A stretch of 56,737 nt of DNA, counting the filler, from Basidiobolus ranarum (lineage: Eukaryota), in assembly GCA_040143965.1 (NCBI GenBank). It is 5 parts of 5 records of this genome, joined end to end, with 100 filler letters (N's around TTAATTAATTAA, not from the genome) between each part and the next. Parts side by side here need not be neighbours in the genome. Positions count along the whole stretch, not along the records: positions 34,189 to 45,426 come from JASJQH010007503.1; 4 more parts are not named here. One strand, 5' to 3'. Each line of letters starts with the position of its first letter. The first letter of the stretch is position 1. The notes under the pieces were generated by a model that worked only from the letters and a program-made list of their open reading frames with translations, made no database searches and was not told the origin of the DNA. Of the stretch, positions 34,189 through 45,526 are shown piece after piece. The position numbers were made by a program, and so were the translations under genes.

Positions 34189-35004
34189 AACAAGTCTTCT
34201 TCTGTTGTACCCACATTTCCAGATTCAGTAGGTTTTTCTTCTTTTGCAATTCTTTTAAAGCAATCTTTGCTTTAATGAACAGTTCGTTTACAGTATTCAT
34301 AGATTGTGTTACTTTTCTTATTAAAGTGCTTTTAACCTTTATAGGAAGGTTACCCATATTCTATCAAAGCATTTTGTTCATTCTTTTGGTTGGATCCCAA
34401 TTTGCCTCAATCTTCATCCAGAAGTCTGCCAAATAGATAATTTAAGGTCAAATTTTCAGTTCTTGATTCTAGAGCCATTACTAGGCTCTGAAACTTGTGT
34501 GGCAGGCTATTCAGAACTGTAACTATGCTATCTTGATCAGTGGTAGGTACTCCAATGCATTCCATTTCATCCACTAAAACAGTGACTCTATTAATTAGTG
34601 ATTTAATGTCTTCTCCTGGCTTCATCATTAAGTTAAAGCATTGTCTTCATAAAAGCATTGTGTTGGTAGCAGAACATGTTTGGTATGTGTCTTCCAAGGC
34701 TTTCCATACCTTCTTGGCAGTTTTAGCTCTTGAACATTGAATTAGCAATTTGTCTTTGACATTGAGACAAACTGTATTAAAGGCACTTTGTTCTTTTCTA
34801 ACCTGGAGTAAAGCTTTGGTTTCAGATAGTCTTGTAATTGTTTTCTTCTCCTACAACAGTGTCCCATAGTCCTTTTTCTTGCAGCAGCATTTTCATTTTG
34901 AATTTCCAAACTTGATAATTGGTTCTATCCAGTTTTTCACAAGAGGAAAAAATTCCATAAATTTGAGAAGTAGATATTACAGAGAGTGCAAGCTTGGGGC
35001 TCAT
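34189..35004 (-). mobile_element. Decayed Ty1/copia retrotransposon gag (stops and frameshifts), truncated by the contig edge
   Basis: EKLDRTNYQVWKFKMKMLLQEKGLW (copia gag N-terminus), AKTAKKVWKALEDTY, MKPGEDIKSLINRV and VLNSLPHKFQSLVMALE (UBN2-type gag). In-frame TGA at 34649-34647 and 34409-34407. Confidence 0.92.
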
Positions 35005-35008
35005 AATG
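34997..35008 (-). promoter_or_regulatory. Putative copia-type primer binding site
   Basis: The minus strand reads LTR end ...TTTAACA followed by CATTATGAGCCC, a variant of the GGTTATG(G/A)GCCC site used by copia-type elements primed by an initiator tRNA-Met fragment. Confidence 0.6.
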
Positions 35009-35315
35009 TGTTAAAGTATTGGGGAGCCTGTTGGAAGTGGTTTGGAGAATCAGAGAAATTGGTGGTTTTCACTTATTGCTTTATTGAGTAGAAAGTTGGC
35101 ATTGATAGTTTTGTCAAGAAGTAAGCAAACTAACATGTAGAGTGTGACATAATGGGGGTAGACTTTGTATATTAGAGGCAACTTATGAGAGTGTTGTAGT
35201 TACTTTATTATCATGAGAATAGGATGACTTACAGAGTAGAGAAGTAAAGCAATTGTTTGTGATATTCAGGAGTTTGTGTAATAAGATATAATAGATAAGT
35301 GGGGTTATTAAGACA
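35009..35315 (-). repeat. 5' LTR of the copia element (upstream boundary approximate)
   Basis: TGT...ACA termini on the minus strand, directly upstream of the PBS and gag. Homologous to 2706-3053 and 35326-35417. Confidence 0.75.
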
Positions 35316-35325
35316 TACTTGTTAA

Positions 35326-35417
35326 TGTTAAAGTATTTGGGATCCTGTTTGAAGTGGTTTGGAGAATAAGAGAAATTGTTGGTTTTCACTTATTGATTGA
35401 TTGAGTAGAAAGTTGAT
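35326..35417 (-). repeat. Second, truncated LTR 3'-end copy
   Basis: TGTTAAAGTATT.GG...GAAGTGGTTTGGAGAAT.AGAGAAATTG.TGGTTTTCACTTATTG...TTGAGTAGAAAGTTG repeats 35009-35098. Confidence 0.88.
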
Positions 35418-35418
35418 G

Positions 35419-35768
35419 GATCTGAATCCAATCGAGCACGTTTGGAGCAAGCTGTCTCATGAGTTGCGTAGCCTAAAGGCAACTATTAAAGATACTGAAA
35501 GCTTGAAGAAAGTTTAAGAAAAAATGATGATTGAGTTTGCTTATGAGGAGAAGGTGCCAAGCAGTCATAGATGTCAAGGGTAATGCAACAAAGTATTGAA
35601 TTGAATAATTTTGTTTTATTTTCTAAGAATAAACATGTGTAACTTGTTGTACAAAAAATGCTAGGAAGTTAGTCCATGTTGTTCATGAGTAAGTGGAACA
35701 TGAAAAGTGAGTGTTTATTGTGCTTTTTTTTGCAATTTTTGGACAAAACATTACTAACCCCAACTGTA
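35419..35768 (+). mobile_element. Tc1/mariner transposon 3' remnant
   Basis: DLNPIEHVWSKL at 35419 and MRRRCQAVIDVKGNATKY* ending at 35599 are Tc1 transposase C-terminal motifs. The element appears to end ...CAACTG followed by TA at 35761-35768. Confidence 0.85.
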
Positions 35769-36760
35769 TATTGGTGGAGATAATACAAATAAAAATAATA
35801 AACTTCAATATATCTAGAATATAGCTTCCTATTTGGATTGAAAAAATATTCTAGTAGTAAAGCACGATATGAATTGGCAGCTGACATCTAATATAGTTAG
35901 TATAGTTTATCGTCACAAAATGTTGGCATTGTCAGCCATTTTGCATAGCTATTAGACCCAGGCATTCTGCTTTCACTTCAAATGAGCAGATACAAGCAGT
36001 TAAGAGAAGTGATTGCTGTTCAGGAGCTAACCACCAAAAAATTCAACACTGCTCAATGAAGAACTTCTAGTAACAGACTCATAAAGGGGCCAGAGTTGAT
36101 AATTTATAAGTGTTGGAAAAAATGGTGTGTGCCCTAGTAGTTTTTATAGCCCCCATCATATTTGGATTTGCATTCTGATTAATTACATGCACATAATGGT
36201 AGGTTTAGCTAAGATATTGATTTTCGATTGAAGATAATCAAATTGATCGCTCAATTGGTATCTAAAACCACTAGTACAGCCAGCAGCAGTAATTTTAGTA
36301 GTGTTTTGGCCTATTGGTAGGCTTGGATGAGTTCTATTGATGACTATGATTAGGTGGCTATCTAATGACTCCTGCATACTAGGTTGTATTGTGGATATCA
36401 GAGGAATAGCAATTAAAAAAATGAATATTCGTATCACGCAAGACTCGCTAAATACCCCCTCCCCTTGTTCCACATTCTCTCCTAAAGATTAAGACTTTTT
36501 GTGTATCAGTTATTCGACCAATAGTTCATTTTACATACTAGTATATTTTAATCATTTTCATTGTAAATGTTCGTGATGGTTTTATGGCCCCTACCCCCAC
36601 CCCTTGGCCCCTCTCTTATCGCTGCTCCTATAGCAATTGCCCCGAGGTTGTTTATTTTATGCCTATTTCGCTTGTCGCAGCTTATCTTCCTTAACCTCAA
36701 CTATAGTCCTTGTTCTTTTTGCTTATAGAGCGCTTCACTTAACTTTTAGATATTGTCATC

Positions 36761-38623
36761 ATGCCTCTCGTAAGTTTTTTAATTCCTCATGACCACTTTC
36801 ATATACTAACCATAGTTCTTGGCGATATTAGGAATATGCTTTACAAAACCGGTAGGTGGTTGACCTCATCTGAAATACTTTCCATCTCAGACTTACCATA
36901 GTTACTTTTAGTGGCAAGTTCGGTGATGCTGGTCCATGGAAGCTCCCTACTGCTATTGAGGCTACCCTTCGTGACGTTTTAGGCATCGAAGCTTTACCAA
37001 GACAAATATGCGACCGTGCTAAGAGAAAGCCTTTTATATTTAACATCATGGTAGTTGGTAAGTTGTTACTTCGAGGTTATCTCTGGTCATTCTCAACATA
37101 GGACTAACTGGTGGAATTTCTTTAGGCGAAACCGGTCTTGGAAAAACCACTTTCATGAATACCTTGTTTAACACCGATTTAACCGAAGAAATTACTCACG
37201 AATATCCACAAAATAACAAGACTGTTGCTATCACCCCTACAACATACGGTACGTTTCAGGTTGAGATATTTCTTTGATAAATAATAATTATGAACATCTC
37301 TATTTCAATAGACTTGGTTGAAGAAGGCGTATCTCTTCACCTCACAGTTATCGATACTCCCGGATTTGGTGACCAGTTAAATCGTGAAGCCAAGTGAGCA
37401 TTCATAGAGTCTGGTTTTGCCATAGAATATGCTATTCATCAAACCATCTTTATCTTTAGTTTATTCCCAATTGTTGAATACATTGAAAATCAATTTGAGG
37501 CTTTCCACAAAGCAGAGAAAAACTCGAATTTCCGACATGCCATCCCAGACACTAGAGTTCACGCTGTATTGTACTTCGTTGCCCCCACAGGAAAATCGTA
37601 AGTTTTCAAAATTTCCATCATCTTGTAGCAATGAAACTTATGAAGCCACTCGCCGTAATGCAGTCTCAAGGAGCTTGACGTTACAGTACTTAAAGCCTTA
37701 AGCGATAAAGTCAATATCATCCCAGTAATTGCCAAGGCGGATACATTGACTTTTGAAGAGCGCAGTGAGCTTAAACAAATCATTTTGCGTGATATTGACG
37801 CCCACCAGATTAAAATCTACCCCAAAGAATATACTGATGAACCAGACATAACTTCTGATTTAGAGGCACGAGTGATTTTCATCTTTTACATTTTATGAGT
37901 CTTTAATTAGTTGTTAACATCCTGATTTACTTAAACAGAAGTACATTCCTTTTGCCGTCATTGGTAGCGATACTTTCATTGATGTAGATGGTCAGAAGAT
38001 ACGAGGTCGTACTTATCGCTGGGGCTCTGTTCAAGGTTAGTGCTATTTTATCTTAGTAACTGTCTAATAGTATTTAACTGGAAATGATGATTCATTTAGT
38101 TGAGAACGAAGAGCACTGTGATTTTGTTCATTTACGCGCACTCCTGATGGACTCTTGCTTGCAAGATTTGATTGAGACCACTCATTCTAAACACTATGCA
38201 TTGTATCGTCGTGGACAACTTCGAACCAAGGGTCGCCCGGAATCTATCCTCGAGGGTGACGAGTCGTACGAGAGTAGAATTGAAGATACCAAGAAGAGTC
38301 TTGCTGAAGAAATGATGAGAAAGGAAGAGGAGATGAGACAGAACTTTGTGGCCCAGGTTCGCGAGACAGAAGCACTTTTGAGAGAGCGTGAGGAGCAATT
38401 GATTCGAAAGAAACAGGAGTTCTTACAAGAGATTGAGGAAAAGAGACGTCAATTACAACAAGAGGAACAGGACGTGAATGCATTATTGAATGAGCGTAGT
38501 CTCAACTACTCGTAAGTTTAATCTTCTATTTCTTATATAAGGCATGGTTCAAATTCTAACTACTCGATACCAATATCAATTACCTTTAGCTCCACCAAAA
38601 AGATTTTCGGGAAGAAAAATTAA
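36761..38623 (+). CDS. Septin with C-terminal coiled coil (about 10 exons)
   Basis: [23 protein letters not shown] (G1), DTPGFGD (G3), [10 protein letters not shown] (G4), [15 protein letters not shown] and [13 protein letters not shown] (septin unique element). Confidence 0.95.
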
Positions 38624-39004
38624 TCGATGGTTAATTCCTCAATCCTTATCCCTTGTCACTACTGTTGCAGCATAAAATTTCGATAACCTTCGCGGTCAAT
38701 GTAATCAGCCCTTCTTGGCACTTTCCACAGTTTCATATCTTGCTACTATTTATTTTACGTTCATCATCTATACTTAATTTATTTAAATAATATAAAGGGC
38801 TTGTGTGATTATCCAAGTATAAATTTCAATTCCGCTTATCGAAGATCGCACTAGTGTCCCCAGAGTTTAGTGATCTTGGTTAGATAATAGAAGATGAAGG
38901 ATGTATGTGATATTGCTTGTCACAGATTTAGGATTAAATATGGACAGCAGAAAGCTATGAAGTAGAGCGATGCATGCAGAAACACCATGGGTGTCTAGGC
39001 AATT

Positions 39005-39367
39005 CTAGCTTGTTGAATGACCTGCGTCGTCCTCAACTAGTGGGTGAGAATAGAATTTCTGCACCTGCTTTCTAAGATCTCGAGCCAGGTCAAATTGAGA
39101 CACAGGTTTCGTGGTATGGCCAAAGCAATACTCAGCAATTTGTACGATTTCACCAGTGTCAAACCGTTTGCTCCAGTGCTGTTCTTGTGCCTGAGACTCT
39201 CCAGTTCTAGCATTAATGACTTCAAAGAAAAGTTGCGCATCTTGCAAAATCATGTTCGTCAGAATTGGTAATGGAGAGTTGAGAGAGTGTATCATGATGG
39301 GGTTATGCCGTTTGGGAGGATCAAGGAAGTGAAGGAGCTTTATATCCCAGGTTTGCCGATATGTCAT
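39005..39367 (-). CDS. Hypothetical protein, about 120 aa
   Basis: Open frame with protein-like composition in otherwise AT-rich DNA. No family recognised. Confidence 0.35.
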   Translation of the reverse strand: MTYRQTWDIKLLHFLDPPKRHNPIMIHSLNSPLPILTNMILQDAQLFFEVINARTGESQAQEQHWSKRFDTGEIVQIAEYCFGHTTKPVSQFDLARDLRKQVQKFYSHPLVEDDAGHSTS

Positions 39368-39847
39368 CACGAAATAGAGAATGAGATTGGTGTTGATTCA
39401 TGTAAATAATTGAGTATTATAATATTTGCATAGAGGCTTCCTATCATTGGCAAGCATCTACTTTGCCTCTAAAAATAAACCTTTACTTTCATTGCATTGT
39501 TTGATGAGCTTGTTTTTTAATGAAAACAAAACCAGAACATTGGTATCATCTCGGCATATCACATATTTAGCTGATTATCATTTGGTGACACAATTTAGCT
39601 TGCATTTGTTTTACTACACCATTCTCTGCTTCAATCGTTGCATCACTCCAACAACGAAATGGATAGATCAAACATTGAAGTCAATCAATTCATTAACTTA
39701 CATGGTGTGCCAATAAGCCAGCATGGGCCCACATAGCTAGCATTAGTTTATTAGCATCTTGATATTCTCTTCGTACATAAAGCAGTAGATGCTATACGAT
39801 AAAAGTGAATGTGCCTATCAGGCTATACCAATGGAAACACCAGTGGG

Positions 39848-40863
39848 CTAGGCCGAGGTAATTTCATTTGGTTTGATCTTGAGGACTTCGCCAGCCAGGT
39901 TTGTCTGGCATACGTCGATTTCTTCGATATTACATGTACCATGCTCCTTTTCATCCAATTGAACCAAAGTCATCCAGTAAGTGTTTACTTGCTCTGGCGC
40001 CATATGCGAAAGTTTACCATACTCAGTAAGATAATGCTCCCAGAACAGATTTTCTGAATCCTTGTTGTCCCAACAGCCACCATCTTTACTAGACACTCGT
40101 AACAAGATCGAACGTTTTACCTGAGATAGATGGATTTTCTTTCCTTCAGGCAAGATCTCTTTGGTAAGTGAAACTGCATCTAATGCACGATACTTACGAG
40201 TGCTCATGGATAGGCCTAATACTTTTTTACGCACCATGGCTCGTTCGACCAAGAACGTTGTACGCACCCAGTTAAGGATCTTCTCTTTCGTCTCATTACT
40301 CTGAAAAACCTTCTCTGGTAATATAGCCCATTCTTTTACCCAATCAAGAACTTCGTCATCGGATTCTGGAATGAAATAGTTTGACCGTGGAGAATGAAAC
40401 TCCTCCAACAAACGGGCGGTAACTTGTTCAAATTGTGGATCAGTTTGGATGGTCCAGTGTGGGGGGAGCTTGGCAGGTGCAGAGCTACTCGTGTTTTCCA
40501 TAGCTGATATAATTTTCTGATGTGTATCCAATATAGCTTCATAAAGTGCAAGTGCCCGCTCTTTATCATTCAAAACCTAATAAAGTACAATATCATTAGC
40601 GAACCAAAAATAAGCCTCTACTCGAAAAACCTGTGCAAGCTTACATTCTCAAATTCATGCAATGAGGGCAGCTTGATAGTCTTATCTGCGGGATTGGGGC
40701 TGTCAGTTGAATGGTCTTTCAGCTGATTTACCTCCTTGATGGATACTGGATTGTCAAAGAGAGTGTTGGGAGCAACCTTTCCTTCAGGCTTTCTGGGCGC
40801 CCCTTCTTTCGAAATTAATTCCCTAATATGCTCTAGCTTTGGGCGATCAGAGGTTGGATTCAT
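39848..40863 (-). CDS. Hypothetical protein, 2 exons (40863-40645, 40576-39848)
   Basis: Two long ORFs joined in frame by a 68-nt intron with GTAAGC donor, GCTAAT branch site and TAG acceptor. No family recognised. Confidence 0.7.
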
Positions 40864-42741
40864 CGAGAGACGAGATAAACAAAGTATATGTTGTCGGAAG
40901 AGAACTATTTATCGTATTACCGTATTTCCGTATTTCCAAACGTCCAATCTAGGTTTTTATTGAAGAATTTTTCAAGAGTTTGACCAGAACTATGTGCCAA
41001 CCTTCATCGTCAAATAAGGAAATAAACCCATGGAAATTATCACTTGGATCTCATTCATAATTGTTACTTTTATATACCATAGAGCAGGTTTCCACAGTAC
41101 CTTGGACTTGATCAACACCTCTCGAATTTGGTATCCTTCTCAATCAAAGTTAAATCCATATTGAATTACTTCGCTCATGAATGAGATGTCTCATGTGTAA
41201 CTATGAATTGAGCTCTGCCAGATCGTTCATCATATCATCAGTTTAATTTCCAAATCAGTGCAAATGGAATAGATTATCTGTTGTGTGTGATATCAGGATA
41301 CCTAGTGGTAGAGCACGTGGAACTTGGTAACTGTAAAGGGAATAATAAAACAAGGCCGATGCGAGTTTATGATATTTAATCGCATGCGTTTGTACCAGCC
41401 ATGAGTAAACCGTTATATCTGGTTTTAAAGGCAAATACAAGTGGCAAATGTCTACATAGTTGTTACTGATGATGAACACCAGCGGAACATTCAAAATAAT
41501 TCCGTCTTCTATACAGTGAAGTTTGAATTGACCACTACAAACGTGCCAAGAGATGATCTAAAGATCTGTTGCATTAAAAGTATGTCGGATTATACCAAGA
41601 AAGTAAGCTTATTTTACCAATGCCAAGCGAATACCCTTTCCAACAGGGTCTGTAGTACTTGTTTCTCATGATTCGAAATAAAAATCCTCCGCTACAGGGT
41701 CCGATACACTATTTACTATGGGGAGAGGAAATCGGTGTATGTAAAGAGTCATGTAGTACCATGCCAGAAAGCCTTTTAAATGGGGAAACAAAATATCCAT
41801 AACTTCAAGGAAGATATACGCTTATTCTTGGAAAATTCAGAATATTGTGTGATTCCAGGTCACCTATATCATCTTCCCATTTAATCCTAGTCTGCCAAGT
41901 AAAGCAATACTAACTTCGCTGACAAAACGGTATAGGGGATGACCGAGATCAGATGTAGTTGAAACGCGAACACAAATCGGCATCAGCCACAATGATCTTT
42001 CATCAAAACATACAATATTACTAGACATTTATATTGGGTTGTCATTGGGTTTGAGTTGGAGAAATTTAAAATATATATCTTATACGAACAGTATATATAC
42101 GACGTCATCGTGCACACCTCTTGCAAAGACAACCATATTTGTGGTTGAAGATTCTGAATAAGCAATAGCTCGTTGCTAGGTACTAGGTTCACCCAATCAC
42201 TGTAGGCGCTGCAACCCAGTCACAAGTACGAATGTAACTGGTTTCAAATACCAACATATCCCAAAAGCTTGATTTCAAGTCGGTCTTTAAATGGAAGGAG
42301 CTTATAAAACCGTTAAAATACAGGCCACTAATTGCCACAAGCTGAGCCAGTCTTAGGTGTTGCCTTAATACCTCTCTACTAATCGCCAAGTTATTTTTTG
42401 TTTATGTCGATATATCTTATATCATAGTTGTTTACATATACATCAAGCACAAAACATCTGATATGGGGTCGGTCTCATACTATACACGCGTGTATGCAGA
42501 TGTGAGTATGCATACTGCCTAGACTTGCAGGTTCTCGATATCCCTGACTTACATAGTATCGTTGACAAACTCTACTTAGCGTCCTTAGCTCTTCATACTC
42601 TTAGAACATTTTCTTTAATACTACTAAAATCACACGACCATTATTATACTTCACTAATAGACCGGTTGTTAATATTGTCACTTTATAGTGGACTGTATAC
42701 TTATAGGCTTGTCAACTGAACCATACTTATGGTAACCATAC

Positions 42742-45426
42742 ATGGCTACTCTTGATACCGCCAAAAATTATTCCCCAACCCTGGTTGGAATTGCTACTCA
42801 ATTTGGCTTGACCACTGCTCTATCTTGCGCGAGCTTTATTGCTTTTGAATTTCACAGACGCTGGAAGCTCACACGACACCTTTACAATACTCGGTGTCGG
42901 TTAAAACGGTTAGTATTTCGTTCGAATTATTTTCTTCTACCAACAGAGTCATATTTATACAAACCTTACTTTTAGAAATGCGTCGCCGCAACCACCCACA
43001 ACTCCTTTTGCCTGGATAGGAACTGTACTATCATTGAAAGAATCGTTTTACTTAACTCACGTAGGACTCGACTGTGTAATATATCTACGTTTTTTAAAAA
43101 TGTCTTTTCAGTTGCTATTGTTCAGCACGTTGACCATAGCTGCCATTCTGATGCCGCTGAACTTCTTCGCTCAGGAGGCTGTATTAATAGATGTAGAAAA
43201 GGTCTCTATTGGAAACATTCCTGATGGTTCAAGCATGCTCTGGATTCATTGGCTGCTTATTTATTTTTTCTCCCTTTCTGTTTTGTATCTTCTGTATAGA
43301 AATACCAATGACTACGTCAAGTTAAGAATGAGATATGTTCAGAAACAGGCTTCGAAGGGAGCGATTCGAACTAGAACAGTAATGGTGACTCATGTTCCCG
43401 ATACGCTTAAACACGAGGAAAGGCTAAGGGCATATTTCGGTGATTTGGGAATAGGCTCTGTTGAATCAGTTACACTGATTCGTTTGACCACAAAAATCTC
43501 CCGAAAGCTCAGAAGACGCGAGGTCATCCTCCGCAATCTTGAACTTGCCCATATTCAACTAATACGAAAGCTATTATCAGATATCAAAAAGCACGGAATC
43601 AAAGCCCTTTACCCTGATGTTAATGAAGAAAATCTACCAGAGGACATCTCCAGTATTTGGCAAATATTAGCTGGATATATTCAGGATAATCGTTGCACTG
43701 ATCAAAGCTCTGAACTTCCTTTACGTATTCAACCAGCAATCTGGGAGGTTTTGAGTAGGATAGATCGCCAATTACTGGACAAATATCAACCCATTCACAA
43801 GACTGGCATACTAAGAACTGGAGTCAACGTTGTCACCATAGATTATTTATTGGGAAAATTCAATAGACTGGACCGCCGTATTGCTGAGTTGAGACAGGTT
43901 GCTGAGAATGCACACTATTATAAGCCAACTGGAACCGCTTTCATTACTTTCAAGAAACAATCTGCAGCACAGCTCTGTGCTCAAAGTATAGCCAGTTCCA
44001 ACCCCCACCAATGTATAACTAGACTCGCCCCTGAACCTCGTGATATCCTTTGGGAAAACCACACTCGAAGCAACAAGCACAAATTCATACGTAAAATCAT
44101 TGTCAACGCTAGTATTTGGTACCTATCATGTTTGACAAAAAATGGTTCTAACGAACAATAATACTTAATCCTATACATTGTATATATTTTTCAGGGCACT
44201 CACTATTCTCTGGCTTTTTCCTTCCACTTACTTCTTAAGTCTGGCCTCATATGAGAAACTCTCGGAAAAACTGCCTTACTTGGCGATTGTTGCGAGTAAT
44301 ACTCCTTGGATCAAATCTTTGATTCAGACAGTATTACCTTCCATATTGATGTCTACCTTTATGGTTGCCATGCCCAATATTTTTCTAGGTATTTGTTCAT
44401 ATAGCAAAAGTCGCTAGTTCAAGAAGTCGTATTAATAATGATTTATAGGGGTATCGTATCAACAATGCTATTCATCTTACTCCGAGCTAGAGATCTCGAC
44501 TATCAATCGATACTATAGATTCATTATCTTCAATGTTCTTTTCGTATTCCTTCTCGGGTATGCATTCGTGGATGTTATTATCGAGGTTATTCAATCACCT
44601 ACCCACATAACTAATGTATTGGCCGGTAACTTGCCGAAAGTAAGTATTCCTCAATATACTATTGTGTTATTGTAAGAACTTAACCTTATGTCTTGAATTC
44701 AATAGGGAGCAGCATTTTTTATCAACTACGTGATACTACAGACCTCCTCGCACGGGTTTGAGATATTACAGATTGGAGTTCCACTTTTCTATACTTATAT
44801 ATTTGGAAACAGGTTTGTAGCCAAAACACCTCGAGATCTCCAAAACAGTCGGAAACCTTATCCGTTTCCTTACTACTATTACCTGCCAACCCATATTCTT
44901 ATACTTGTAATATGTATAACATATTCAATCATCAACCCGTTGATATTGGTTTTTGGGGTGATTTACTATGGAATTGCCATAGTAGTGTATCGTTACCAAT
45001 TCGCGTATGCCTACACAAAACAGTACGAGGCAAATGGTCGCTATTGGAGATACATGTTTAGATATGTCTCCGATGGATTAATAATCTTTCAACTTGCTAT
45101 GATCGGTCTGTTAGCTCTAAAAAATGCCGTGACTGCTAGTTTAGCATTGTTGCCTCTTCTGGGGGGAACAATTTATTTCAAATTCTATCATCGTAATACA
45201 TTCCGAGCCCTAATGAAGTATGTTCCACTGGATTCTCTGAAGGAACGACCAAAATCATCAGATATGCAATGTCAACTTGAGTTAGAAATGAGCGATGGCT
45301 CGCAAGATGAGTCAATCGAGAATTCCAAACCTTTAACTATGAGTACGTCGTCTATGTGCCCTAGTACCTCCCCGCACAAGGATCGCGAAGATGACTCAGC
45401 CAAGGTACAACCACCACCTCACCTTT
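42742..45426 (+). CDS. OSCA/TMEM63 (CSC1/RSN1-type) Ca-permeable channel, 3' end truncated
   Basis: GLDCVIYLRFLKM, LWIHWLLIY, RTVMVTHVP, TAFITF, LAPEPRDILWEN, FFINYVI, YSIINPLIL and YEANGRYW. Four introns. Confidence 0.93.
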
Positions 45427-45526
45427 NNNNNNNNNNNNNNNNNNNNNNNNNNNNNNNNNNNNNNNNNNNNTTAATTAATTAANNNNNNNNNNNNNNNNNN
45501 NNNNNNNNNNNNNNNNNNNNNNNNNN
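45427..45526. other. Artificial contig-joining linker
   Basis: N44-TTAATTAATTAA-N44. Confidence 0.99.

Noticed and set aside
33097-35417. CpG-free orphan-ORF element and copia gag appearing to be one element
   Set aside because: They are on different contigs separated by an artificial linker.
37860-37940. Possible GC-AG intron in the septin (GAG|GCACGA)
   Set aside because: An in-phase GT donor lies 6 nt downstream, so a non-canonical site is not needed. RNA-seq would decide.
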